Shown piece by piece: positions 1 to 9,642 of a stretch of DNA of 64,000 nucleotides (positions are counted from its first letter, which is position 1; every line of letters starts with the position of its first letter). The stretch is from Blastocatellales bacterium (GTDB lineage Bacteria; Acidobacteriota; Blastocatellia; RBC074). The translations under genes were made by a program, and so were the position numbers. The notes beneath the pieces are model-generated. The model made no database searches, was not told where the DNA came from, and saw only the letters and a program-made list of their open reading frames with translations. The stretch lies in assembly GCA_050247435.1 (NCBI GenBank), contig JBFWUF010000010.1, forward strand, positions 65,824-129,823, written 5' to 3'.

Positions 1-2
1 CT

Positions 3-200
3 ATGCTCGGCTCCGCGCACTCGATTGTAATACTTGCGGTGTGCGCGATGGTGTTCGGAGCCATTTACGTGATTGCGGCTTTTGCTTTCGGAGCGCTGAC
101 ACCGGATGAGAAGGCCGAGCTTTATATTCGGTCGCGGAACCTGGGCCAGAAATTCATATCCAGGGCGGCTCGAAAAATAGCGTCCGCTTTCGCGCGGTAG
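3..200 (+). CDS. C-terminal fragment of an integral membrane protein (5' end outside window); function not assignable
   Basis: The ORF reaches the window edge with no upstream stop visible. It has one strongly hydrophobic helix (IVILAVCAMVFGAIYVIAAFAFGAL) followed by a basic tail. It sits directly upstream of the Wzy-like gene. Confidence 0.4.
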   Translation: MLGSAHSIVILAVCAMVFGAIYVIAAFAFGALTPDEKAELYIRSRNLGQKFISRAARKIASAFAR

Positions 201-219
201 AAAAGAGTTCAGAGAGGTT

Positions 220-1782
220 ATGAACCAGTTCGATTCGTCAAATCCACCGCCCGGCGCGTTGATACGGTGGCAGCGTCCGCCTCTTGCCAGAGGAAAGCTG
301 TTTCTTTCGGACGCCGGAGGACAACGCCGCGCGAACGACCCGCGCAGCACGAACCGGCTGAACCGGCCAAACCGATTGGACGCCGAGCGGCAAACAGACA
401 GCCGCGATCCTTATCGCCTCGCCTTCAGTCTTCTTTATCTGTTCACGCTATTGCTTTACATACGCCCAAACGACCTCCTTCCCGGACTTGGATCTTTTCC
501 CCTGGCAAAGATCGTCGCGATACTCGCGCCTCTCGCGTACATCCACGCGCGATACAGCCTCGGCAAGCCGATCATCAACTGGACAATCGAAATCCAGATG
601 GTTTGCACGATGTTGTGTCTGGCTATTCTTTTCACTCCGGTGGCCGCATCGGCGGCGGACAGCGTCAACACGCTCAGCGACTCGTTCATCAAAATGGTGA
701 TCATCCTCATTCTGATGATTGGCGTGATCAATACGCGCGTGCGGTTGCGGGCGATTATCAGTCTGACCGTGCTCTGCGGAACGTGGCTGGCCATCTTTGC
801 GATCAAAAACTATGCGACCGGCAACCTCACGATGAAAGGCGACCGGATCGAGGGCGTAGTCGGTGGGATGTTCGGCAATCCGAACGATCTGGCGGCGGCG
901 CTGTGCATGCTGATCCCGCTTGCGGTGACGCTTGCGGTGATGAGCGCCGGAAGCGCCCGTCTGTTCCACATCGCCTGCGCGCTGGTGATGACCGGCGGAG
1001 TAATTGTGACGTTCTCTCGCGGCGGCTTTCTCACTCTCATTGCGCTGGCGGGAGTGATGATGTGGAAATTCGGGCGCGGCGAGCGCGAAAAAATTGTCCT
1101 CGCGGCTGTGATCGTGTTTGCGGCTCTGATTACCGCCACGCCTGAAAACTATCGCTCCCGTTTCATCTCGATCTTCGATCACAGCCAGGACAAGACCGGT
1201 TCGGCGCAACAACGAAGCGAATTGTTTAAACATGGCGTCAATCTGGCCATTCATAATCCGATTGTCGGAATCGGAATGGGAAACTTTCATATTTACTCGA
1301 TACGGGAAAAGGTCGCGCACAACGCTTATGTCGAAACCGCCGCTGAGCTGGGGCTGTTCGGGTTAATCGCCTATCTGGTCCTGATCCTCGCTCCATTGCG
1401 CGGTCTGGCGCGCATCGAACGAGAGGCAAAGACGGCTAATACCCCCGCCGATCTCGATTCCAGGAATCTGAGCATCGGGCTACAAGCCGTTATCGTGGCC
1501 TACATGGTCGCCAGCTTTTTCCTCTCTATTCAGTACCTCTGGTATCTCTACTACGCCGCCGGTTACGCCGCGGCGTTGAGACAGATTCACGCCGCCGAGA
1601 AATCCGGCGAGAAATCCGGCGAGAAATTCGGCGAGAAATTCGGCGAGAAGTCCGTTTGGGCGAACGGAAGGGCGGCGGCGACTGCGGATCAATATCAGCC
1701 AATAGGAAAGCTTTGGAAATCGGCTCCCCGAAAACCTGCCGGAAATCTTTGGCCGGCTTATCGTTTTCGCAAAGGATTCTGA
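220..1782 (+). CDS. O-antigen ligase / Wzy_C-family polytopic membrane protein (polymerase or ligase)
   Basis: 520-aa ORF with a purine-rich RBS-like AGAGAGG before ATG 220. It has many hydrophobic helices plus the family-typical loop VAHNAYVETAAELGLFGL. There is a Pro/Arg-rich N-terminal extension and a C-terminal EKSG/EKFG repeat tail. Confidence 0.8.
   Translation: MNQFDSSNPPPGALIRWQRPPLARGKLFLSDAGGQRRANDPRSTNRLNRPNRLDAERQTDSRDPYRLAFSLLYLFTLLLYIRPNDLLPGLGSFPLAKIVAILAPLAYIHARYSLGKPIINWTIEIQMVCTMLCLAILFTPVAASAADSVNTLSDSFIKMVIILILMIGVINTRVRLRAIISLTVLCGTWLAIFAIKNYATGNLTMKGDRIEGVVGGMFGNPNDLAAALCMLIPLAVTLAVMSAGSARLFHIACALVMTGGVIVTFSRGGFLTLIALAGVMMWKFGRGEREKIVLAAVIVFAALITATPENYRSRFISIFDHSQDKTGSAQQRSELFKHGVNLAIHNPIVGIGMGNFHIYSIREKVAHNAYVETAAELGLFGLIAYLVLILAPLRGLARIEREAKTANTPADLDSRNLSIGLQAVIVAYMVASFFLSIQYLWYLYYAAGYAAALRQIHAAEKSGEKSGEKFGEKFGEKSVWANGRAAATADQYQPIGKLWKSAPRKPAGNLWPAYRFRKGF
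1597..1653 (+). repeat. 12-bp in-frame tandem repeat (GAGAAATYCGGC x ~4.7) encoding EKSGEKSGEKFGEKFGEKS
   Basis: Direct reading of 1597-1653. The units lie at 1597, 1609, 1621 and 1633, with a partial unit at 1645. Confidence 0.9.
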
Positions 1783-3056
1783 TGATCAATGTGATTTATT
1801 CGCTGATGTTTTCGGTCACTGAAGCCGCGACATTCATTCCCTCGATCAATCAATCGCTGATCGCCCGGATCGTTTTCATCACGGCTGTCGCGATAATCCT
1901 TTTCATTTATCTCGGCTACCCGGCTCTGATGTTCGCGATCAGGCTTTTGATCCCGCGCCCCGTGATCCGCGCAGAGATAAAGCCCCGCGTATCACTGATC
2001 ATCGCGGCTCACAACGAAGAGAGAGATATCGCCGCAAAGCTCGAAAACGCGCTGGCCCTCGATTACCCGATGGAACTGCTACAGATCATCGTGGCCTCGG
2101 ACTGCTCGGACGACCAAACCGACGAGATAGTTCAGAGCTTTTCTGATCAAGGCGTGATCCTTCACCGGCAGCAGAAGCGCGATGGGAAAACTCGCGCACA
2201 ACACCGCGCCGTGGGCGTTTCGTCCGGAGACATCCTGGTCTTCTCCGACGCCACGACTAGGTACGAGCCGGATACGCTGCGAAAATTGCTGCGCAGCTTC
2301 GCCGACCCCTCCATTGGATGCGTCGCCGGACAACTGGTTTATGTTGACGGGGAGTCATCGGCGGTTGGCAAAGGCTGCCGCTCTTACTGGGGCTATGAAA
2401 AGCTTTTGAAATCCTGGGAGAGCGCCGCCGGCTCGCTGGTCGGCGTCAGTGGGTGCATGTACGCCGTCCGCCGAAGCTGCTACGCGAAACTGGCTGGCGA
2501 CATGATTGATGATTTCGTGATTGCGACCGAGGTTCAACTGCAGGGGCTTCGCACGGTCTACGAGCCTCAAGCCATTTGCAGTGAAGACACCAACCACCGC
2601 GGGCGTGACGAATTCCGCATGCGCGTCCGCGTGATCGAGCAAACGATGAACGCCCTCTACCGCTATAGCAACCTCCTCGAAGCGCGCAAACACGGGCTAT
2701 TCATGTTCCAACTCGTTTGTCACAAAGCGCTGAGATACGCGGTCCCGGCGCTCATGATCGTGGCGTTCGCCGCCAACTGGTTCGCGATGAGTTCGGGCGA
2801 ATTTTATCAATACGCGTTTTTCGCGCAGTGCCTCTTCTACTACGCGGCGTTCATCGGATGGCTCGGCGACCGATCAGGGGTGAAACTCGGGCCGCTCTCG
2901 CTGCCTTACTACTTCGTTTTGATCAATGTGGCGGTCGTGGCCGCCTTCATGAAATTCATAAGCGGCGAGACTCAGATTATCTGGGAGCCTGTGCGAGACT
3001 CGACGAGCGTCGAACCAGTACGCCCATCGAGACAAGAGGTCGCTGAAGGAGATTGA
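1782..3056 (+). CDS. membrane-anchored family 2 glycosyltransferase
   Basis: TGATG stop/start overlap with the upstream gene (1780-1784). N-terminal TM helices are followed by GT-A motifs (SLIIAAHNEE, ASDCSDDQTDE, VFSDATT) and C-terminal TM helices. The longer track ORF from 1656 overlaps the upstream gene and is rejected. Confidence 0.85.
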   Translation: MINVIYSLMFSVTEAATFIPSINQSLIARIVFITAVAIILFIYLGYPALMFAIRLLIPRPVIRAEIKPRVSLIIAAHNEERDIAAKLENALALDYPMELLQIIVASDCSDDQTDEIVQSFSDQGVILHRQQKRDGKTRAQHRAVGVSSGDILVFSDATTRYEPDTLRKLLRSFADPSIGCVAGQLVYVDGESSAVGKGCRSYWGYEKLLKSWESAAGSLVGVSGCMYAVRRSCYAKLAGDMIDDFVIATEVQLQGLRTVYEPQAICSEDTNHRGRDEFRMRVRVIEQTMNALYRYSNLLEARKHGLFMFQLVCHKALRYAVPALMIVAFAANWFAMSSGEFYQYAFFAQCLFYYAAFIGWLGDRSGVKLGPLSLPYYFVLINVAVVAAFMKFISGETQIIWEPVRDSTSVEPVRPSRQEVAEGD

Positions 3057-3064
3057 CGGGGTTT

Positions 3065-5068
3065 ATGTGTGGCATCGCCGGAACAATTGGATCAACAGCG
3101 TCGCTCGCCGGAGTCGCAGCTTGCGAAATGATCGGACGCATGTGCGACGTGATCGAGCATCGGGGGCCGGATGACTGGGGATTCAGAGTGGAAAATTTCG
3201 GGGATTCCCATTTGGCTATCGGAATGCGACGCCTCTCGATCATTGACGTGGCCAGCGGTCATCAGCCGATCTGCAACGAGGACGGTTCCGTGTGGATCGT
3301 CTTCAATGGCGAAATCTACAACTACCGTGAATTGCGCGAAGACCTGATCGCGCGCGGCCACCGGTTTGTGACGCGAACCGACACGGAGACCATCGTTCAC
3401 CTCTACGAAGAAGAAGGCGAACGATGCGTCGAACGGCTGCGCGGGATGTTCGGTTTCGCAATCTGGGATAGCCGGAGTAAATCGCTGCTGCTGGCGCGCG
3501 ACCGCGTGGGCAAAAAACCGGTGCATTACGCTCAGTCGAACGGCGCTTTCGTGTTCGGCTCCGAGATCAAATCGCTGCTGCGCCACCCGGCGATCAAACG
3601 CGAAGTCAACCTGGAAGCCATTTCTGATTTCCTGACGTTCGGCTACGTGCCCGACCCGCAGACCGCATTCAAAGGCATCTACAAGCTTCCGCCAGGCCAC
3701 ACGCTGAGCTTCAAAGACGGGCAGATCCGCACGCGCCGCTACTGGAATTTCAGCTACGACGGTGAAAGTTCGAGCGAACCGCGGCTCACCGAGAACGAAT
3801 ACGTCGGGCGGCTGCGCCAGTTGCTGGCTGAATCGGTTCGCGTGCGGCTTGAAAGCGAAGTCCCTCTGGGCGCATTCCTTTCGGGCGGGATTGATTCGAG
3901 CACGGTGGTCGCTCTGATGGCGCGACAGATGAATCAACCGGTCAAGACATTCTCCATCGGCTTCGGCGAAGCTGATTTCGACGAGTTGAAACACGCGCGC
4001 GTCACGGCCCGGCTGCTCGAAACCGATCATCACGAATTCGTCGTCACGCCTGATGTTTGCCGGCTGGCGGAAGAGGTTATCTGGCATCACGACGAACCGT
4101 TTGCCGACGTGTCGAGCCTCCCCACCTACATCGTGTCGAAGATGGCGCGCGAACACGTAACGGTGGTTCTGTCGGGCGACGGCGGCGACGAGGTCTTCGG
4201 CGGTTACCAGCGTTACCTCATCGAGCGCGAGCGCGAGAAATTCGAATTGATCCCTTCGTTCATACGCCATCAGGTCTTTCTGCGGTTAAGCCGCGCGCTG
4301 CCGCGAGGAGCTTACGGCAAGCGTTATCTGAGCATCAATTCGCGCGACGCCGGGCCGCGCTACGTTGACGCTCTCTCTTATTTCGACGAGGAAACAAAAC
4401 GGTCGCTGTTTTCCAAATCGTTGCTGGCCGAATTGAACGGCTACACTTCCGCGAAGCCCTTCGAGGAAATTTTCGAAGAGCCTGTTTCGCGGGCGCGGCT
4501 CGACCGGCTGATGTATCTGGACAGCAAGACATATCTACCCGGCGACATCCTGGTCAAAGTAGACCGCATGAGCATGGCCCATTCGATTGAGACGCGCGCG
4601 CCGTTACTCGACCATCGGCTGATCGAATTCGCCCAAATCATTCCTGCATCATTAAAACTGCGCCGGACTACTAGAGGCTGGGAGACGAAATATATTTTGA
4701 AGCAGGCTGTCGAGGGTTTGATTCCTAATGAAATCATTCATCGCCCAAAACAAGGCTTCGATGTGCCGATCAAGCACTGGCTCAAGCGCGAATTAGGAGA
4801 GATGTGCCACGACCTGCTCACCAGTTCCAGCGCGCGTCAGCGAGGTTACCTCAATGTGAAGACTGTGGCAGGTTTGTTGCAAGAGCATCGTCTCGGCGTG
4901 CGCGATAACGCGCGGCATCTGTGGGCGCTGCTCGCGCTTGAGCTTTGGCATCGCTCATTTATTGACCACGAGCCTGCGGCGAGTTTCACGGGCGTCTTTA
5001 CGGATACCGGGGGCGCGGCAGGTTTGGGCCGCCGGAAAGCGATTGCGAAGGCGTTTGGTGGAGGTTGA
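3065..5068 (+). CDS. asparagine synthase (glutamine-hydrolysing) family amidotransferase, copy 1
   Basis: The N-terminus MCGIAG gives the Ntn Cys2 nucleophile when started at ATG 3065. The PP-loop FLSGGIDSS is present and the length is about 667 aa. The polysaccharide-locus context argues for sugar-carboxyl amidation rather than Asn synthesis. Confidence 0.85.
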   Translation: MCGIAGTIGSTASLAGVAACEMIGRMCDVIEHRGPDDWGFRVENFGDSHLAIGMRRLSIIDVASGHQPICNEDGSVWIVFNGEIYNYRELREDLIARGHRFVTRTDTETIVHLYEEEGERCVERLRGMFGFAIWDSRSKSLLLARDRVGKKPVHYAQSNGAFVFGSEIKSLLRHPAIKREVNLEAISDFLTFGYVPDPQTAFKGIYKLPPGHTLSFKDGQIRTRRYWNFSYDGESSSEPRLTENEYVGRLRQLLAESVRVRLESEVPLGAFLSGGIDSSTVVALMARQMNQPVKTFSIGFGEADFDELKHARVTARLLETDHHEFVVTPDVCRLAEEVIWHHDEPFADVSSLPTYIVSKMAREHVTVVLSGDGGDEVFGGYQRYLIEREREKFELIPSFIRHQVFLRLSRALPRGAYGKRYLSINSRDAGPRYVDALSYFDEETKRSLFSKSLLAELNGYTSAKPFEEIFEEPVSRARLDRLMYLDSKTYLPGDILVKVDRMSMAHSIETRAPLLDHRLIEFAQIIPASLKLRRTTRGWETKYILKQAVEGLIPNEIIHRPKQGFDVPIKHWLKRELGEMCHDLLTSSSARQRGYLNVKTVAGLLQEHRLGVRDNARHLWALLALELWHRSFIDHEPAASFTGVFTDTGGAAGLGRRKAIAKAFGGG

Positions 5069-5091
5069 GAAGGGGGACGGAAAGTAAAAGA

Positions 5092-6528
5092 ATGAGTCAC
5101 AATAAAGTCCTGCTCGTCGAGTTGAACGAGATCACCTGGAACCTGATTGACCCTCTTATCGCTCAAGGCAAGCTGCCTACATTCGCCCGGCTGAAGAGAG
5201 ACGGCGTGTGGGCGGCGCCGATGAGCGTGGATTTGCCGCCACAACTCGACCCGTGGATTACGTGGACAACACTGTACACCGGCTGTCCGCAGTCCGTTCA
5301 CAATGTCTACTTTCTAGAACAGCCTCCTAACACGATTCACGCCAAGCGAATCTGGGAAATCTGCCGGCAACACGGATTAAAAATAGGAATTTACGGCAGC
5401 CTCTGCTCGTGGCCTCCGCGGAGAGTCAATGGTTTTTACGTGCCGGACACTTTCGCGCCAGACTCGACAACTTACCCGGAAAATTTGCAGCCGATTCAGG
5501 ATTTGAATCTGACCTACACCCGCTCGATCCGTCTGCCTTCGGATCAGGACGGGATGATGTTCAAAGCGAAACTCGGCGCGAAACTGATGGCGCTCGGATT
5601 AAGGCCGGGCACGATGGCGCGCATCGCCAATCAACTGGCACGAGAAAAGGTTGACGCCGGAGCGCGGTGGCAAAGGGTCGCGCTGCAACCGCTGGTCAAC
5701 TACGACTTTTTCAGCAGCCTCTACCGGCAATACCGGCCCGATTTTGCGACCTTCCATTCCAATCACGTCGCGCATTACATGCACACTTACTGGAAGGCGA
5801 TGCAGCCGGAGGCGTTCGAGCAGGGCGCCAGCGAAGAGGAGATCAAGCAGTACGGCGGCGCGATTGAACACGGATACCGCACAGCCGACGAACTGTTGCG
5901 GCGCGTCTTGTCGCTGCTGGACGGCCGCACGACGCTGGTCGTGGCTTCGAGCATGGGGCAGAAACCGTATGTCAGCCAACTACGCGACGGCAAGCCCATC
6001 TGCCAGGTTCGCTCGCTCGAACGGCTGATGGAGATACTCGGAATGCAGGGCAAGGCGCGAGCGCTTTCGACGATGTCGGATCAATTCAACATCTACCTCG
6101 ACATCGAAGGGATGCGTGAAGAACTGGAGCAGAAACTCAGAGACGCTTATGTTGATTCACCCGAACGCCCAATGTTCACCCTCGTCAACGTGGGCGATTG
6201 TGTAACTGTCAACCTGGTTTTTTATGAAGGCCTGTCGGAGGACTCGCGCTGCGTATTCCCGCACCTGAGCGAGCGGGGAACGTTTCGCTACGGCGACCTC
6301 GTTTACAACACCGGCCAGATCAAATCGGGATGCCACGACCCCGAAGGAATGATGCTGCTCTACGGCGCTGGCGTCCGCGCGGGCGCTCACATTCCGGCCT
6401 GCGACAACCTGGACATCGCCCCTACCCTGCTAACGCTGATGGGAGTCCCGGCGCCGTCGGAGATGAAGGGACGGGTGTTGACCGAAGCGTTTGCAGTTGC
6501 CCGGAAACATTTTGGCGCCGCCGCATAG
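5092..6528 (+). CDS. alkaline-phosphatase-superfamily protein (type I phosphodiesterase / nucleotide pyrophosphatase-like), cytoplasmic
   Basis: The N-terminal strand KVLLVELNEITWNLI and the overall pattern resemble AP-superfamily 'alkaline phosphatase family protein' annotations. No signal peptide is evident. The start is taken at ATG 5092, after a purine-rich stretch. Confidence 0.6.
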   Translation: MSHNKVLLVELNEITWNLIDPLIAQGKLPTFARLKRDGVWAAPMSVDLPPQLDPWITWTTLYTGCPQSVHNVYFLEQPPNTIHAKRIWEICRQHGLKIGIYGSLCSWPPRRVNGFYVPDTFAPDSTTYPENLQPIQDLNLTYTRSIRLPSDQDGMMFKAKLGAKLMALGLRPGTMARIANQLAREKVDAGARWQRVALQPLVNYDFFSSLYRQYRPDFATFHSNHVAHYMHTYWKAMQPEAFEQGASEEEIKQYGGAIEHGYRTADELLRRVLSLLDGRTTLVVASSMGQKPYVSQLRDGKPICQVRSLERLMEILGMQGKARALSTMSDQFNIYLDIEGMREELEQKLRDAYVDSPERPMFTLVNVGDCVTVNLVFYEGLSEDSRCVFPHLSERGTFRYGDLVYNTGQIKSGCHDPEGMMLLYGAGVRAGAHIPACDNLDIAPTLLTLMGVPAPSEMKGRVLTEAFAVARKHFGAAA

Positions 6529-6662
6529 TTTGAAGCGTGTTGGAAAATTGTTTTTTTTCTCCAGTCCAGCCACTCACGGCTGGACGGCGAGCGGATCGAA
6601 CCCATCCCAGCCTGATTCGTCAGGCTTCCGCGAACGGCTCAAGCAAAAGAAGAAGAACGCTG

Positions 6663-7892
6663 ATGAGTGTATTACCGGCAAAATCAGGTGTGGAGCAGGA
6701 CAGCGAGCGGGCGATTCAATTGGCCCCTGAACGCCCGCGCGTGCTCCACCTGATCAACAGCTTCGACGCGGGAGGCACCGAACGCCAGGCGGCGGAGTTG
6801 CTCAACCGGCTCGACGAAAGACGCTTCGACGTGCGGTTGGCGGTTCTGGGCTGGCGCGGGCCGTTGCGCGAGCAGATCGCCGCGCGCTTCCCCGTCGCGC
6901 CGGAATTTCCGCTCACCAGCTTTTACAACGCGAACGCGGTTAAACAACTCCTGCGGCTCCGCGAGATGCTGATCAGAGAGCGCATCGCGATTCTGCACGC
7001 GCACGATTTTTACGCGGGCGTGCTCGGCGTGACGGCGGCGCGGTTGAGTGGGACGCGAGTGATCGCGGCGCAACGCCACCTGCGTTTGTCCGACCGCCGC
7101 GCGCACGATTTGGGGGCGAGATACATCCACAAACTCGCGCATCGCGTGCTCGTGAACGCCGACGGGATACGCGACCACATTTTGAAAACGGGCAGCGCAG
7201 GCTCCGGCAAGATCGTGGTGATTCCCAACGGGCTGAACGCGCCAGCCAACGTGCGAACGCTGCGTGAGCGACAACGCGAGGCGTTGCTGGATGAACTCGG
7301 ACTCGACGCGGACTCGAAAGTCATCGGCTCGGTCGCCGGGCTGAAACCCGTCAAAGGCCATCGCTACCTGCTCGAAGCGGCGGCGAAAATCATGAAGGCG
7401 GACGCGCGCGTTCACCTCGTCCTGGTCGGCGAAGGCGAATTGCGCGACGAGATATTGGCGCAGGCGTCGCGGCTGGGCATCGGCCCCCGCGCGCATCTTC
7501 TTGGTCATCGCAAAGATTCCAGGCAGTTGGCCGCCGCGTTCGATGTCGCAGTTCTCGCTTCATTGCACGAAGGCTTGCCCAATGCGGTGATAGAAGCGAT
7601 GGCCGCGGGAACGCCAGTGGTCGCGACGGCGGTTGGAGGCGTGTTGGAGTTGATCAGGGACGGCGAGACGGGATTTCTCGTTGCGCCGTCGGACGCCGAA
7701 GCGCTGTCCGAACGAATCGAATTCGCCCTATCGCAAACCGACCAATGTGATCTGATCGCGATGCGAGGGCGGCGGTTCATCATCGAGCGGTTCGGAATGG
7801 AGCGAATGGTCGCGTCGGTCGAAAGGCTCTACGACGAGCTTATCGCGGATTCGCCCCTGAGAACGCACGCGCTCCGCGTGCGGGCTTGGTGA
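6663..7892 (+). CDS. family 4 (GT-B) glycosyltransferase
   Basis: RVLHLINSFDAGGTERQ is a typical GT4 N-terminus. The C-terminal EGLPNAVIEAMAAGTPVVATAVGG...GETGFLV is the E-x7-E region. The start is chosen at ATG 6663 (MSVLPAK). Confidence 0.85.
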   Translation: MSVLPAKSGVEQDSERAIQLAPERPRVLHLINSFDAGGTERQAAELLNRLDERRFDVRLAVLGWRGPLREQIAARFPVAPEFPLTSFYNANAVKQLLRLREMLIRERIAILHAHDFYAGVLGVTAARLSGTRVIAAQRHLRLSDRRAHDLGARYIHKLAHRVLVNADGIRDHILKTGSAGSGKIVVIPNGLNAPANVRTLRERQREALLDELGLDADSKVIGSVAGLKPVKGHRYLLEAAAKIMKADARVHLVLVGEGELRDEILAQASRLGIGPRAHLLGHRKDSRQLAAAFDVAVLASLHEGLPNAVIEAMAAGTPVVATAVGGVLELIRDGETGFLVAPSDAEALSERIEFALSQTDQCDLIAMRGRRFIIERFGMERMVASVERLYDELIADSPLRTHALRVRAW

Positions 7893-7923
7893 GCGAGCAT
7901 GCTGCGATGAAAGTAGTAATTTA

Positions 7924-7963
7924 GTAAGCCCGCACGCGGGGCGCGTGCGTTCCCAGGGCTTAC
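7924..7963 (+). terminator. GC-rich nested hairpin downstream of the GT4 gene (possible terminator or attenuator; no clear U-tract)
   Basis: GTAAGCCC (7924-7931) pairs with GGGCTTAC (7956-7963). The inner stem GCACGCG (7933-7939) pairs with CGCGTGC (7942-7948). Confidence 0.3.
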
Positions 7964-7978
7964 AAAGCGGGAGTAAGG

Positions 7979-9127
7979 ATGGGAAACGGGAGAAGCAGGA
8001 GGCGCCCAATCAGAGTCTGTCACGTGGCCCCGTCGCTCGACACGCTCGGGGGCCAATCAATTCAGGCGGCCCGGCTGCTGGAAGGATTCAGGGAGACGCC
8101 GGAGATCACGGCCGAGCTATTGCCGGCCAATCCGGCGCTGCCTGGCCCGCTGCGCCGGTTGCAGCGAATCAAATACGTGCGAACGGTCGTCTCCGCGCTG
8201 GCCACTCTTTTGCGTCTGCTCGTCAGGCTGCCGCGTTACGATATCGTTCAGGTCTATGCCGCGTCGTATTTTTCATTCTTTCTGGTTCCGGCGCCCGCGG
8301 TGCTGATCGCGAAGCTGTACGGGAAGCGGGTGATCATGCATTACCACAGCGGCGAGGCCGAAGATCATCTGAGCCACTGGTACTGGATGGCCGCGCCGGT
8401 GATCAGGCTGGCCGACATCACCATCGTGCCTTCGGGCTACCTGGTTGATGTTTTCGCGCGTTTCGGGCTGCCCGCGCGCGCGATCTTCAACGTGGCCAAG
8501 CTGGACATGTATCCGTTCCGCGAGCGCAAACCGTTTCGCCCGGCTTTTTTCACCAGCCGCTCGCACGAACCGCTCTATAACGTGCCCTGTGTGCTGCGCG
8601 CGTTCGCGCTGATCCAGCGGCGGTATCCGAAGGCCAGTCTTACCGTGGCGGGCGATGGGTCTCAACGCCAGCGGATTGAGCAGATCGCGCGCGATCTGGG
8701 TTTGCGCAACACGATATTCACCGGGCGCATCCCGTTTGACCGCATGCCCGCTGTTTACGACGCGCACGATGTTTATTTGATGGCGAACGACATTGACAAC
8801 ATGCCCAACTCGGTCACCGAGTGCTTCGCCGCCGGGCTGCCCGTGGTGACGACGAACGCGGGCGGCTTGCCTTACATGATGAAGCACGGAGAGACGGGGT
8901 TGATGGTTCAACGCGGCGATCACGAATCGCTGGCCGCCAACGCGATTCGTCTGATTGAAGATCAGGCACTGGCCGCAGGCATCGCGCGCCGCGCGAGAGA
9001 TGAATGCGCTCGCTACACCTGGCCGTTGATCAAGGAGCAATGGCTCGCGGTTTATCGCGCGCTGGTTCAACCGAGGATGTCGCCCGAATCCGGACACTCA
9101 CTTGAACCTCGCGGAATCGGTTCATGA
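7979..9127 (+). CDS. family 4 (GT-B) glycosyltransferase
   Basis: RBS-like TAAGGA precedes ATG 7979. Motifs IRVCHVAPSLDTLGGQSIQA and NMPNSVTECFAAGLPVVTTNAGG...GETGLMV are GT4 hallmarks. Confidence 0.85.
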   Translation: MGNGRSRRRPIRVCHVAPSLDTLGGQSIQAARLLEGFRETPEITAELLPANPALPGPLRRLQRIKYVRTVVSALATLLRLLVRLPRYDIVQVYAASYFSFFLVPAPAVLIAKLYGKRVIMHYHSGEAEDHLSHWYWMAAPVIRLADITIVPSGYLVDVFARFGLPARAIFNVAKLDMYPFRERKPFRPAFFTSRSHEPLYNVPCVLRAFALIQRRYPKASLTVAGDGSQRQRIEQIARDLGLRNTIFTGRIPFDRMPAVYDAHDVYLMANDIDNMPNSVTECFAAGLPVVTTNAGGLPYMMKHGETGLMVQRGDHESLAANAIRLIEDQALAAGIARRARDECARYTWPLIKEQWLAVYRALVQPRMSPESGHSLEPRGIGS

Positions 9128-9185
9128 AGAGTTAAAGAATGCGAGAGGGCAAGGAATGAAGCAGTTTTTTAGTAAAGGCCCGAGT

Positions 9186-9360
9186 AGCGCTAAAAATGTA
9201 AAGCTGAACTCACCGCAGAGGCGCGGAGAGCGCGGAGCCATCGCAGAGAAGAAGAAAGAGCAAAGCGCCTGCTGGCAAACTCTCTGCGTTTCCTCGGCGC
9301 GCTCTGCGCCTCTGCGGTGGAGACACCTCACACAACTCGCAGCCTTATTTTTTGCGCGCT
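9186..9360. repeat. REP/MITE-like palindromic element, copy A (CACCGCAGAGGCGC...GCGCCTCTGCGGTG family)
   Basis: The inner arms TCACCGCAGAGGCGCGGAGAGCGCGGAG (9210-9237) and CTCGGCGCGCTCTGCGCCTCTGCGGTG (about 9293-9319) are inverted complements. The outer arms AGCGCTAAAAATGTAAAGCTGAACT and its imperfect complement ending at 9360 extend the palindrome. Confidence 0.85.
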
Positions 9361-9642
9361 ACCAAGACACGAAAGACGTCGCTAAGTCACCTGAAGAGGT
9401 TTTGCGCAATTCCAGCGGCGCGGCGGTTGCGATTGTGGCGCGACGCGCGCATCATGCGGCGCAAGCTCCCGCCGCCCCGGGCGTGGGCGAACACGTCTTC
9501 ACCGAAAAGTTTTACGTCGAGATAAATAAAAATTTCTCGCCACGCTCCGGCCCCCTGGCAATAAAAGTCCGAGTCAATTTCCACGGATCAACCGGCGCCG
9601 AGTCGAGATGGAAGCCGCGCATCGCCGCGAACAGGAGAGGCA

